This document shows, piece after piece, positions 9,901-15,534 of a stretch of 32,000 nt of DNA; position 1 is the first letter of the stretch; each line of letters starts with the position of its first letter. This DNA is from Planctopirus limnophila DSM 3776. Lineage in GTDB: Bacteria > Planctomycetota > Planctomycetia > Planctomycetales > Planctomycetaceae. The stretch spans positions 2,160,001 through 2,192,000 of the forward strand of contig NC_014148.1 of assembly GCF_000092105.1 (NCBI RefSeq). The letters are read 5' to 3'. Both the position numbers and the translations under genes were made by a program. Below the pieces are notes generated by a model. The model was not told the DNA's origin. It was given only the letters and a program-made list of their open reading frames with translations, and ran no database searches.

Positions 9901-10109
9901 GAGTCGAGTTACCACTTGGTTTTGAGGAACTGCTGATTCTCCGTGATCAGCCATTAAGCAAAACCGACAAACTGGTCACTCGTGTCCGATACCGCGACAG
10001 TGACGACAAAGGTTCTTCATATGAAATCTCCGTTTTCGACAAACAGAAACAACCAGTCTATGTTGTCAGGAACTATCGCAGTGTTGCTAAAGGCAGCGTG
10101 ACATTGTGA
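1..10109 (+). CDS. Giant iterative type I PKS / PUFA-synthase-like secondary-lipid megasynthase, 5'-truncated by the window edge. Domains: KS, KS0 (CLF-like), AT, 4x ACP, C45/IAT-like acyltransferase, KR, DH, DH.
   Basis: Uninterrupted 3360-aa ORF from 27. The frame stays open back to nt 3 (ARAEISRR upstream of the first Met), and only about 55 aa precede the KS active-site Cys, so the N-terminus lies outside the window. Motifs seen: DAACASS / ECHATST / NIGHALEAAG (KS), GHSYGE (AT, 2751-2768), four LGIDSIKK phosphopantetheine sites, SGGARGVT Rossmann plus ADYSAAS (KR), and two HxxxNxxxxP plus LDxxx hot-dog DH motifs. Confidence 0.95.
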   Translation, partial: ARAEISRRMVDQLRSQFPDEESLKPMNFAAANAAMLISRVHGFEGPSLVIDAACASSLMALSQASYALARGEIDMAVAGGASYSKWFGLVLFSMAMSISATGSRPFDADADGLISSDGYGLVVLKTLPKALADGDRILSVIRGIGVSSDGRGKSLWAPRQEGQILAVERAYSKNIDPASLQYIECHATSTQVGDATELKSLAQVLTGKIPAGRKIPIGSVKANIGHALEAAGIAGFIKTVLAMEHGVIPPQINFKTPNPEIEWKNVPFEVATNAREWDRPAGGMPRRAAVNSFGIGGLNVHMVLDDGLLPGEKSKTSVAVPSAQPNSNVAPAPVQQPMAVIGMASILPGALTKAALWEALIAGKDPKCEFPKENSTLASTLLAEEQKSQKPELTSRGGYVADFVYDWKRHKVPPKQVANANPLQFMLLDAADQALTDAGYEKKPFDRNRSTVIVGTMFGGDFAVQLQLGLRLPHIQKVLREHLEANGTKPDQIDEALLQYEKHFLKVLPALLDETGSFTSSTLASRLSKTFDFRGGAFALEAEEVSGLVAVNLGINMLETGTTDLVLCAAGHQSMSYNSFEKLVEKDLLSKGQSRSAFDADFDGILPAEGVAVLVLKRLADAERDGDTIRAVIRGTGQCNRRNDEAGALRESFNTALKVANTSPKAIGAIEVSGVDCKDRNFNQLELAKTIDQESGQPQALIGSLTPQIGYLRGASGVASIVKSILELQNGQIAPQFGLKKLAAEVQPVAHAIPQKVMPLYATAPGEKGQIAISNSSLDGSGFSLILESAQKLPLRPVTTPSVAISQPASAKQAPATLSSRQITSQSRRSKLALAFPGQGSYYAGMGADLIANYTEVRQKLAEFNEVLKLENCPDFETLSADPGNSILNAQLSMLVIDLLYYTAYKTAGIQPDYVCGHSYGEFPALVAAGALTFRSAVIATRDRSHVVEEFAGKQGTLLAVSSDASTLRHLLTRAPVEVFIANMNSPEQTVLGGTIDDLKQFEKILRERRIGSRLLKVPAAYHTPLLEPALVTYRDCIRALPISVPQIPVISGIGNREVTDPEEIRENLVMQLVSPMDFVGMVQLLRQLSVGMVVEVGPRKVLTQLIQKTANEGQLECLPMDPRDNSSSDWQSTLRSKYEGSVGNASPAAATPQKTPASPVPAQAQKPVSQPQKPAVQPAAANSSVSKPGQTKSCQINPTPATTNVPTTGSKVTDRPRIVHFDATAKRKEENRLRAIQQRAESGRPVVTSASPKTTQNSPAISHSDLAETNGHSGHFEKNGHASDVTSKAPALNSAQMKEEIVPPVVVIEEVPAAPRKLPNRAELEAFVVEYIVDQTGYPPEMVELEADLEADLGIDSIKKAQMLGECAQKFELHWLANEVADLSLDQFPNLASIIKFLTEDAAKATASPSEEQLAESVPAAALPAVAIVTETSEEVVPRKLPNRAELEAFVVEYIVDQTGYPPEMVELEADLEADLGIDSIKKAQMLGECAQKFELHWLANEVADLSLDQFPNLASIIKFLTEDAAKASSSANTIDAVAISKSVDTDAPREPAHQSAETLPAVPATTVTSETVTSEEVAPRKLPNRAELEAFVVEYIVDQTGYPPEMVELEADLEADLGIDSIKKAQMLGECAQKFELHWLANEVADLSLDQFPNLASIIKFLTEDAAKATASPAEEQPAEAVPAAALPAIAIVTETSEEVVPRKLPNRAELEAFVVEYIVDQTGYPPEMVELEADLEADLGIDSIKKAQMLGECAQKFELHWLANEVADLSLDQFPNLASIIKFLTEDAAKASSTSRSASHVASPETELELQDSSTATATLTEPASVSTQAVTQVVEAVPAVSIVRESVMILQGSPYEMGFQHGQKEKAAIHGILERQITRYGARLDNMPELDEAVSDPARYFGEDEVAELKGIADGAELPLAFLIGHNLGLCEDYVPGCAQFAVSAQANGGKGMIHAANEDSSLALSLTDCLRRVVQCRIPAHGYRHIVFSVSGQVSGINGTNEKGLTVTSTLLLDRAPRDITAPGDIHPVLIKKILEKAATPAEAIEILKSSKRNGAWGVCISHADTDSLCYVEYDSDQLEVRSGMTRVIGTNHSLLLGATHPTPPHSMHRMDRLQELLAKEEAMGLDFPAAEKTLRDQFDGGRQRVTAHATMNTICRVDNQISVVFGPSEKTIRVTPGSYRKEFAHEFSTLDVDGFFGGADELVVNDVPTNSNTGSSVGSTSKLIPAQQTDLPRLAGLPVIDERVMHRVILRPRLSPLSHAAQKVSLTGKTVVYGFGEVARALISKLKSTGLEVAVIPTCFDVTKLEAEFENLAALKSARNLILVGPRSSDEVSEASASARFLTAFRLCQLWTQSGQEICPLAERSLTFVSFMGGNFGLEGSPANADGGAMSGLAKALRRELAPLVVRTVDFASDDVTDRVVDQLANELSQSFEICEVAYSRGERFVVAARPVPATPVPQNGPTPGSAWIISGGARGVTAVVARELGVRYGVHLHLIGSSPIPELDPSLLEASAEELKALRRKIMSEARERGEVPLDAWSTFERSLEARRNLRDMRQAGVSVTYHCCDISQPDAVEKTVAAIRTFNHPIEGVIHGAGVEHACRFERKQLPKVQKTFDVKVEGARHLAAALEHDPVAYFVGFGSTSGRFGGLGQADYSAASDALAKFCNELGRKNPDWRTIVVHWPPWGEVGMAARPESKLALEAGGMAFMPPQEGVAFLLEELASTSPEPEILIVDKPDGLDLDRTLPELAAWKDFAAAQQVVDASPLLDTVIALTPGEYVEVEVRLNPAQDPFLYDHQHRNAPILPMTFGLETLAQAFRVLLPATEQVTVLDGEIVNPMRFFADRQELAIARIRRSGDSFEGELVTRFFNRKGVLLKHERVLVKARLKPGVDAPDAAKPFKSSMQLKKVQYAETWDQVAALNLGSVFTGPSIRGLTEFAYEGKTFEGIIVPPPISGFAGNRPATGWMLNPAVLDACLIGCDRWAAQAVERQSLPVNIEKVSLYRPAIDGDLCRIDGQVLEVTEKNLRFNFSLWNSKNEIILRVEGFCTTAVMGGSQPETSAEIPAGIASRAIPELKSLNPADLHLLFPVEAVTASADHWEAEVRIEPLTEPLMTAHRFNNSPLLPGAAMVELFAEALQQVLPGPGVARIRNFSIQHSLHLKAALPRRVQVVAHKEADGYRCQLIDLDGGSITLATALIDRVDAANLQLPQLDQPKGSYSPMKYPDMGPLIHGAPLRSLQAMCSGRDDAWAEIVPTDMSKLLGPNSKCQPVIHPAVLDGSFYACGIHAWINCFGRVELPLGFEELLILRDQPLSKTDKLVTRVRYRDSDDKGSSYEISVFDKQKQPVYVVRNYRSVAKGSVTL
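1008..2372 (+). other. Degenerate KS / chain-length-factor-like domain (KS0)
   Basis: KS-fold similarity over aa ~328-782. In a hand alignment to the upstream KS the catalytic triad is replaced: Cys->Glu536 (ALEAEEVSG, 1632-1634), His->Ser665 (IEVSG), His->Tyr703 (QIGYLRGASG). Confidence 0.8.
2490..3371 (+). other. Acyltransferase (malonyl-CoA:ACP transacylase-like) domain
   Basis: FPGQGSYY N-terminal motif, GHSYGE active-site serine motif at 2751-2768, and the downstream AAYHTPLL motif. Confidence 0.85.
3951..5384 (+). repeat. Tandem array of four ACP-encoding repeat units (3951-4220, 4320-4589, 4746-5015, 5115-5384)
   Basis: A 90-codon core (RKLPNRAELEAFVVEYIVDQTGYPPEMVELEADLEADLGIDSIKKAQMLGECAQKFELHWLANEVADLSLDQFPNLASIIKFLTEDAAKA) occurs four times in frame. 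Unit offsets are 369, 426 and 369 nt. Linkers 1 and 3 resemble each other, as do the tails after units 2 and 4 (795-nt super-repeat). Ppant serines are at 4074, 4443, 4869 and 5238. Confidence 0.95.
5553..6581 (+). other. Peptidase C45 / acyl-CoA:6-aminopenicillanic-acid acyltransferase (IAT)-like Ntn-hydrolase-fold domain embedded in the PKS
   Basis: Hand alignment to Penicillium IAT (PenDE) over aa ~1843-2185. ILQGSPYEMGFQHG matches ILCQGTPFEIGYEHG, ELKGIADGAELP matches EIRGIAKGAERD, VPGCAQFAV matches RDGCTTAY (the Gly-Cys processing site), and IGTNHSL matches VHTNHCL. Confidence 0.8.
6759..8201 (+). other. Ketoreductase region (structural pseudo-KR subdomain plus catalytic KR)
   Basis: NADPH-binding motif AWIISGGARGVTAVVARELG. 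SDR-like catalytic region GFGSTSGRFGGLGQADYSAASDAL. A Rossmann-like structural half lacking the cofactor motif lies upstream. Confidence 0.8.
8319..9176 (+). other. PKS-type (double hot-dog) dehydratase domain 1
   Basis: LYDHQHRNAPILP matches the HxxxGxxxxP motif with Asn at the Gly position (His codon 8409-8411). The second-half PAVLDACL motif is present. Confidence 0.7.
9279..10106 (+). other. PKS-type (double hot-dog) dehydratase domain 2
   Basis: TAHRFNNSPLLP matches HxxxGxxxxP, again with Asn (His codon 9366-9368). The second-half PAVLDGSFYA motif is present. Confidence 0.7.
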
Positions 10110-10915
10110 TCAGTAACGACGGAATGAGTGACTGCGGGGTCAGGGAGGGTATGACTTCTCAATTCGAGATTCATACCGCCACCAGGGCACAACTACGAAC
10201 CGAACTGCACTCAAGCAGTCTCGGAGAAAAGTTTGCCATCGGTGCGGAAATGTTCCTCGACCCTGCCCGCAAAGAATCGTGGGAACTGAGCCGATTTTTG
10301 ATCGCGAGTCGAGTTTTTACGCTGCTGAAAACTGATCGCTCTCAGGATTTCTTGTCTCCCGAGTTATCAGAGATCGAAGTATGGACTCGCAATGATCAGG
10401 GCAGGGGGATTCCACCAGCAGTTTTCATCGACAACCAACCCATCCCCTGGACATTTTCGCTCTCACATGCAGGAGACAATTACGCACTCGCCATTTGCAG
10501 GCAGCCGCAGTTACGACCCGGAGTGGATCTGGTCAACACCAGCACTTTCACTCAGGCAGCCTTACAAATGTGGTTCACGCCGGAGGAAAGAACATATCTC
10601 GCAACGCAGGATGAGCGGGCCGCAGGAACCATCTGGGCACTCAAGGAAGCGGTCTACAAAGCCACAAATTGCGGGGAACCATTTCGACCAAGGCAGATAG
10701 AAATTCTTCCAGAAGGCAAAAAGTTGATTTGCCGTGTGAGGGGGATTCATGTGCACCTTGATGAGGCAATCATCCGCTTCATCGAAAAAGATTGTCTGCT
10801 CGCAGCCGTCTTAATCAAGCAGAACTCTTTCCCGAACACTGATAAAAACCACTTCGATAACAAAACCAATTCTCACTCAATCAATGACACATCTCACGAT
10901 CTGATCATGCATTGA
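10106..10915 (+). CDS. 4'-phosphopantetheinyl transferase (Sfp-type)
   Basis: PPTase motifs PGVDLV and IWALKEAVYKA. The GTG start overlaps the PKS stop (GTGA at 10106-10109). Alternative ATG starts are at 10124 and 10151; the latter is preceded by GGAGG. Confidence 0.85.
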   Translation: MISNDGMSDCGVREGMTSQFEIHTATRAQLRTELHSSSLGEKFAIGAEMFLDPARKESWELSRFLIASRVFTLLKTDRSQDFLSPELSEIEVWTRNDQGRGIPPAVFIDNQPIPWTFSLSHAGDNYALAICRQPQLRPGVDLVNTSTFTQAALQMWFTPEERTYLATQDERAAGTIWALKEAVYKATNCGEPFRPRQIEILPEGKKLICRVRGIHVHLDEAIIRFIEKDCLLAAVLIKQNSFPNTDKNHFDNKTNSHSINDTSHDLIMH

Positions 10916-10975
10916 TGTTAAGACCTGAAAACGCGAATTCTCACTCCCGGAATTACAGAGTCAAAGGCCACTCGA

Positions 10976-11740
10976 ATGATTGATTTAACCAATAAGATCG
11001 CCCTCGTCTCCGGGGCCTCACGCGGCATTGGTCGCGCGACAGCATTGCAACTTGCCCGCGCCGGGGCTGACGTGGTCATCAATTATGTACAATCTCGCGA
11101 CAGTGCTGACCGAGTGGCAGAAGAGATCGCCGCCATGGGCCGCCGCGTGGCCATTGTCCGTGCGGATGTCAGCGAGCAGAGCGATGTTCAGAGCATGATG
11201 GAATTTGTGGGCAATGAATTTGGCAGGCTCGACATTCTCGTCAGTAATGCTGCATCGGGGGGATTCCGCCCCTTGCTGGCGGCCACTCCCAAGAATTTCG
11301 AAGCCGCGATGAATACCAATGTCCGCGCACTTCTATTCCTCGTACAGGCCGCACATCCTTTGTTGGGGCAAAGTGTCGATCGAGCCAAGATTGTGGCCAT
11401 TTCGAGCCATGGCTCACACATGGCACTCCCATGGTATGGCCTGATTGGTACCTCCAAAGCAGCACTGGAAAGCCTGATTCGCCACATGGCACTTGAGTTT
11501 GGCGACCAGGGAATGAACTTCAACGTCGTCCAGGCGGGACTGGTTCCCACAGACTCCACCAAGATGATTCCTGGCTCCGAAGTCATGTTCAATGCGCGAA
11601 GCTCCAAGACCATGATGGGTGATCGCCAACTGGAACCCGAAGACGTTGCGAACGCAGTCCTTTACCTTTGCAGTCCACTGAGCGATCTGGTGCAAGGGCA
11701 AGTCTTGATCATCGACGGCGGGGCCGCCATTCACGTCTAA
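10976..11740 (+). CDS. fabL: SDR-family enoyl-[ACP] reductase, FabL-like
   Basis: 254-aa classical SDR with VSGASRGIGRA cofactor motif, the NAASGGFRP motif typical of FabL (B. subtilis NNAASGVLRP), and ISSHGS...Y..IGTSKAALESL catalytic Tyr/Lys. It aligns end to end with B. subtilis FabL as I recall that sequence. Confidence 0.7.
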   Translation: MIDLTNKIALVSGASRGIGRATALQLARAGADVVINYVQSRDSADRVAEEIAAMGRRVAIVRADVSEQSDVQSMMEFVGNEFGRLDILVSNAASGGFRPLLAATPKNFEAAMNTNVRALLFLVQAAHPLLGQSVDRAKIVAISSHGSHMALPWYGLIGTSKAALESLIRHMALEFGDQGMNFNVVQAGLVPTDSTKMIPGSEVMFNARSSKTMMGDRQLEPEDVANAVLYLCSPLSDLVQGQVLIIDGGAAIHV

Positions 11741-11832
11741 TGAGTTATTGCCTTTTCCAAGTGGTCTTCGAGTTGGCACTAACCATCTGATCGCGGCCAC
11801 TTTGCCAGAACTGCTCTACGGAATGCTGCACG

Positions 11833-13512
11833 ATGCTCAATCTGATCTTCTCCATGATCGGCAGTTTCCTGGCACGGAAAGTCGGCCAGCAGCGAATGGC
11901 GTTTCATCAAGCCACAATGCGCCCCCGCGAATCGCAACAGGCCTTCTTAAAAGAATTACTTGCTGCCCATGCGGATTCGGCGTTTGGCAAGGATCATTTT
12001 TTTCGAGAAATTCAAACTGCGGCTGATTTCCAGAAGAGATTGCCAATCGCTGAGTACGAGAACTTTGCCCCCTACATCGAGCGCGTCAAAGCGGGTGAAA
12101 CCACCGCGATGTTCTGCAACGAACAGATTGTCATGTTCAATCTCACCAGTGGTACGAGCAGCACTCGAAAATTTATTCCCGTCACCAATCGCTACCTCAG
12201 TGATTACCGACGCGGCTGGTCGATGTGGGGCTTACAGACTTTCGAAAAGTACCCGCAGCTTTTCCTGCAGCCAAAAGTCAGCTTTGGCAGTGCCTCGAAG
12301 GAATCGGTCACGTCAGCGGGCATTCCGTGTGGCAGTTTGAGTGGCCTGACTGTCAAAATGAATCCTGCTGTCGTACGCAGCACCTATTGCCTCCCTGCTG
12401 ATACGGCTGACCATGCCGACGCTTTCGCCAGATGTTACCTCAACTGGCGAATCGGCATCCAAAGAAACCTTGGCATGGGTGTCGCCCCGAATCCGGGTTT
12501 GCTTCTCCAGTTCGCTCGCTATGGAACCGAGAACGCCGAATGTCTCATTCGCGAACTTCATGACGGCACTCATTCCTGTACGGCTGCCTTGCCGCGGCAT
12601 CTCCAGAATTGGCTCAAACGCCAGATCCGCCCAAATCGCAAACGTGCTCGCGAACTGGAGCAGATCTTTACTCGCCAGATGACTCTCCACCCGAAAGATG
12701 TCTGGCCTCAGCTCAAACTGATTGCCTGTTGGCTGGGTGGGCCAACCAGAGCTTATATCTCACAGATTCCCGAGTATTTCGGAGATGTCACATTGCGGGA
12801 TATTGGCCTGATCTCCAGTGAAAGCCGCATCAGCCTTCCCAAAGAAGACAACACACCTGCGGGTATTCTCGATGTGACCAGTGCCTATTTTGAGTTCGTA
12901 CCTGTCGACGAAATGGATTCCAGCAATCCCGTTGTGCTCGATGCTGCCGAACTCGAAACCGGCAAAGAGTATTACATCCTTTTGACAACGACCAGTGGGC
13001 TCTATCGATACAACATTCATGATGTGGTACGAGTCGTTGACTGGCACGAAAAAACACCCATGATCGAATTTCTGCATAAAGGAAGCAGAATTGCCAATCT
13101 CTTCGGTGAAAAACTCACGGAGAGCCAGATTGTCAAAGCGGTCACAACGTTCGTTCAATCAACAGCCACGCCTCTGGGCGATTTTTCACTGACTATGCCT
13201 CTGCCACATGAGCCGATGGCCTATCGGTTTTACGCCGAAATGCGAGATGCATTCTCTTCCGATTCGATCGCCACTCTGGCTCGGCAACTGGACGAATCTC
13301 TGGGTGAGCAGAACTATCTGTACCGCCGTAAAAGAGTCGAAGGCCTGCTCCATCCCCTGGAATTGATCGTCATTCCACAAGGTGCCTGGCGCGCCTGGGA
13401 TCTCCGCCAACTCGCCCGCAATGGCGGCACCATGGATCAGTACAAGCATCCTTTTCTGATCACCAATCGCAGCCTGATTGACGATCTTCAGGTTGAGCCT
13501 GTCAGTTCTTAA
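11833..13512 (+). CDS. GH3 family acyl-acid amido synthetase (GH3 auxin-responsive promoter family, ANL-like adenylating enzyme)
   Basis: 559 aa. GH3 motifs NLTSGTSSTRKFIP (12145-12180), GLYRYNIHDVVRV and NLFGEKLTESQ. The length is typical of bacterial GH3 proteins. Confidence 0.85.
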   Translation: MLNLIFSMIGSFLARKVGQQRMAFHQATMRPRESQQAFLKELLAAHADSAFGKDHFFREIQTAADFQKRLPIAEYENFAPYIERVKAGETTAMFCNEQIVMFNLTSGTSSTRKFIPVTNRYLSDYRRGWSMWGLQTFEKYPQLFLQPKVSFGSASKESVTSAGIPCGSLSGLTVKMNPAVVRSTYCLPADTADHADAFARCYLNWRIGIQRNLGMGVAPNPGLLLQFARYGTENAECLIRELHDGTHSCTAALPRHLQNWLKRQIRPNRKRARELEQIFTRQMTLHPKDVWPQLKLIACWLGGPTRAYISQIPEYFGDVTLRDIGLISSESRISLPKEDNTPAGILDVTSAYFEFVPVDEMDSSNPVVLDAAELETGKEYYILLTTTSGLYRYNIHDVVRVVDWHEKTPMIEFLHKGSRIANLFGEKLTESQIVKAVTTFVQSTATPLGDFSLTMPLPHEPMAYRFYAEMRDAFSSDSIATLARQLDESLGEQNYLYRRKRVEGLLHPLELIVIPQGAWRAWDLRQLARNGGTMDQYKHPFLITNRSLIDDLQVEPVSS

Positions 13513-13710
13513 CCAGCCACCTTACGCACCGAACACCATTACTCAGTCTGCCAACATCCTGTAAATCGGATTGTTCAGGCAACGGCATGAGATGATGGTC
13601 TGTTACTATTTCTTTTGTGATTCGATATCGGTTGCCGGGCGCACAATCGTTCTTCTGGCAACTGGAATCCCCTGAACGATCCAATCGTCCAAGCTCAGGC
13701 CGAAAACTAT

Positions 13711-14727
13711 ATGCCTTCCATTTCAAACTGCCGTCAGCAGCTCCAGCAAAAACTTTTCCCTCAGGGAATTCCCCGACTCTGGTGCCCCTCACTGACTCAC
13801 TTCTCAGCCGCCGCTCAGTTCGACGTCCAGAGAATTCGCGCTCATGTCACGGCGATGTCACCCTGGATCGGTGGACTACTGGTTCCCGGATCGACAGGCG
13901 AAGGCTGGGAGATGACCGATGACGATATTGAGCAGTTGCTGGAAATCACGTTCGAGATCGCCAACTCCCTCAATCTGCCTGTCCTGATTGGTGTCTTGAA
14001 AACTTCGACAGACAACGTGATGAGTGGCATCCAGAGGCTGCATCAATTTTCACAGCATCCACGGTTTGCCGGATTCACTGTCTGTCCACCGCAAGGTGAA
14101 AAGTTAACACAGCCCGAAATTCTGGCTGGATTACGCACGGTCTTCGATACAGGATACCCAATTGCTCTCTATCAGTTGCCACAAGTTACCAGGAATGAAG
14201 TCTCACGCGAGACAGTGCAATGGCTGGCGGCCAACTACCACAATCTCATCCTGTTCAAAGACACCAGCGGACATGACCGTGTCGCAAACTCCGGCGTCGA
14301 TCTGCAGGGCGTCTTTCTGGTTCGCGGTGCGGAAGCTGGCGGCTATGCGCCTTGGCTGAAAGAAGCGGGCGGGCCCTACGATGGATTTCTACTGAGCACT
14401 GCCAATGTCTTTGCGAAAGAACTGGCGACCATGATTCAACTCGCAGAAACGGGCCAGATCGACGAAGCAAGAGCACTATCGACTCGACTGGAAACTCTCG
14501 TACAACAGACCTTCGATTCCGTGAAATCCATCTCGGCAGGAAATCCCTTTACCAATGCCAACAAAGTGCTCGATCACATCCGGGCTTATGGAGAAAGCTT
14601 TCACATTCAGCCAGCACCACTGCTTTACAGTGGTATTTCACTTCCGTGGGAACCCATAGCTCAAGGACATGAACGACTGAAAGTGTGGCAGCAAGCACCA
14701 CTGACCGGATATCTCAACACTCTGTGA
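13711..14727 (+). CDS. Dihydrodipicolinate synthase / N-acetylneuraminate lyase family class I aldolase
   Basis: 338 aa. VPGSTGEGWEMT (GxTGE motif), LYQLPQVT (Tyr motif) and LILFKDTSG (candidate Schiff-base Lys) occur in the order expected for the DHDPS family. Confidence 0.7.
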   Translation: MPSISNCRQQLQQKLFPQGIPRLWCPSLTHFSAAAQFDVQRIRAHVTAMSPWIGGLLVPGSTGEGWEMTDDDIEQLLEITFEIANSLNLPVLIGVLKTSTDNVMSGIQRLHQFSQHPRFAGFTVCPPQGEKLTQPEILAGLRTVFDTGYPIALYQLPQVTRNEVSRETVQWLAANYHNLILFKDTSGHDRVANSGVDLQGVFLVRGAEAGGYAPWLKEAGGPYDGFLLSTANVFAKELATMIQLAETGQIDEARALSTRLETLVQQTFDSVKSISAGNPFTNANKVLDHIRAYGESFHIQPAPLLYSGISLPWEPIAQGHERLKVWQQAPLTGYLNTL

Positions 14728-14854
14728 TCTTTGCCGCAAAACACTCGATTTTTACCGTTTCCTTGGCGTGGCATCGCTGTTTATCGTCTCGTATAACGAT
14801 GACACTCGAATGACACCAAATGTTCTGATCCTGTTATCTCCATGAGGTTCTTCC

Positions 14855-15421
14855 GTGTCACAGCCCAAAGTTCTCATCGTTGTCGGAGACGCGACAGAAA
14901 CCGTCGATACGCTTTATCCTTACTACCGCTTAATTGAAGGGGGATATCAGCCTGTCGTGGCTGCTCCGGAGAAACGCAAGTATCAGATGGTTCTGCACGA
15001 AGTGAAGCCCGGTTGGACGATCACCAAAGAGTGGGAAGGCTATTCGATTGATGCAGAGATCGCCTTCAAAGACATTCGCCCTGAAGATTATGCCGGAATC
15101 TTCTTCAGTGGGGGCAGGGCTCCTGAATACATTCGCGAAGACGAAGATCTGCTGAACATCACCCGCTGGTTCTGGGAAAAGCGCCTGCCGATGGCCAGTG
15201 TTTGCCATGGAGTTGAAATTCCGGCGCGTGCTGGCATTGTCAAAGGTCTACGCATGGCGACTGTCGCCAAATGCCGCTTCGATCTTGAAATCTGCGGCGG
15301 AATCTACGTCAACGAACCCTGTGTGATCGATCGCAACATGGTGAGTGGTCGCACCTACCACGACAGCGGCCACTTTGTGGGCCCATGGATTCAAATGCTC
15401 GATCGCTGTCGCAAAGCCTGA
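14855..15421 (+). CDS. DJ-1/PfpI family protein (class I glutamine amidotransferase-like fold)
   Basis: 188 aa with a GTG start. The nucleophile elbow MASVCHG and overall DJ-1/PfpI pattern are present (VLIVVGD..., FFSGGRAPE). Confidence 0.8.
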   Translation: MSQPKVLIVVGDATETVDTLYPYYRLIEGGYQPVVAAPEKRKYQMVLHEVKPGWTITKEWEGYSIDAEIAFKDIRPEDYAGIFFSGGRAPEYIREDEDLLNITRWFWEKRLPMASVCHGVEIPARAGIVKGLRMATVAKCRFDLEICGGIYVNEPCVIDRNMVSGRTYHDSGHFVGPWIQMLDRCRKA

Positions 15422-15506
15422 AGGGGCAGGCTCCTCGGTATTTGATGTCGGTAGGACAAGTCAAACGCATGGCGCTGCGTCTTGTCCTCGTGCCTCTGCA
15501 CGACAA

Positions 15507-15527
15507 CCCGGCCACGAGTTGGCCGGG
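15507..15527. terminator. GC-rich hairpin between convergent genes (candidate bidirectional terminator)
   Basis: cccggcca (15507-15514) pairs perfectly with tggccggg (15520-15527) around a 5-nt loop. It lies 8 nt beyond the avtA stop on the minus strand and 86 nt beyond the DJ-1 stop. There is no clear U-tract. Confidence 0.35.
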
Positions 15528-15534
15528 CCACCCG

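Noticed and set aside
11768-11790. TTGGCAC motif between fabL-like and GH3 genes as a possible -24 element
   Set aside because: The -12 position reads atct instead of TTGC, so there is no GC dinucleotide at the required spacing.
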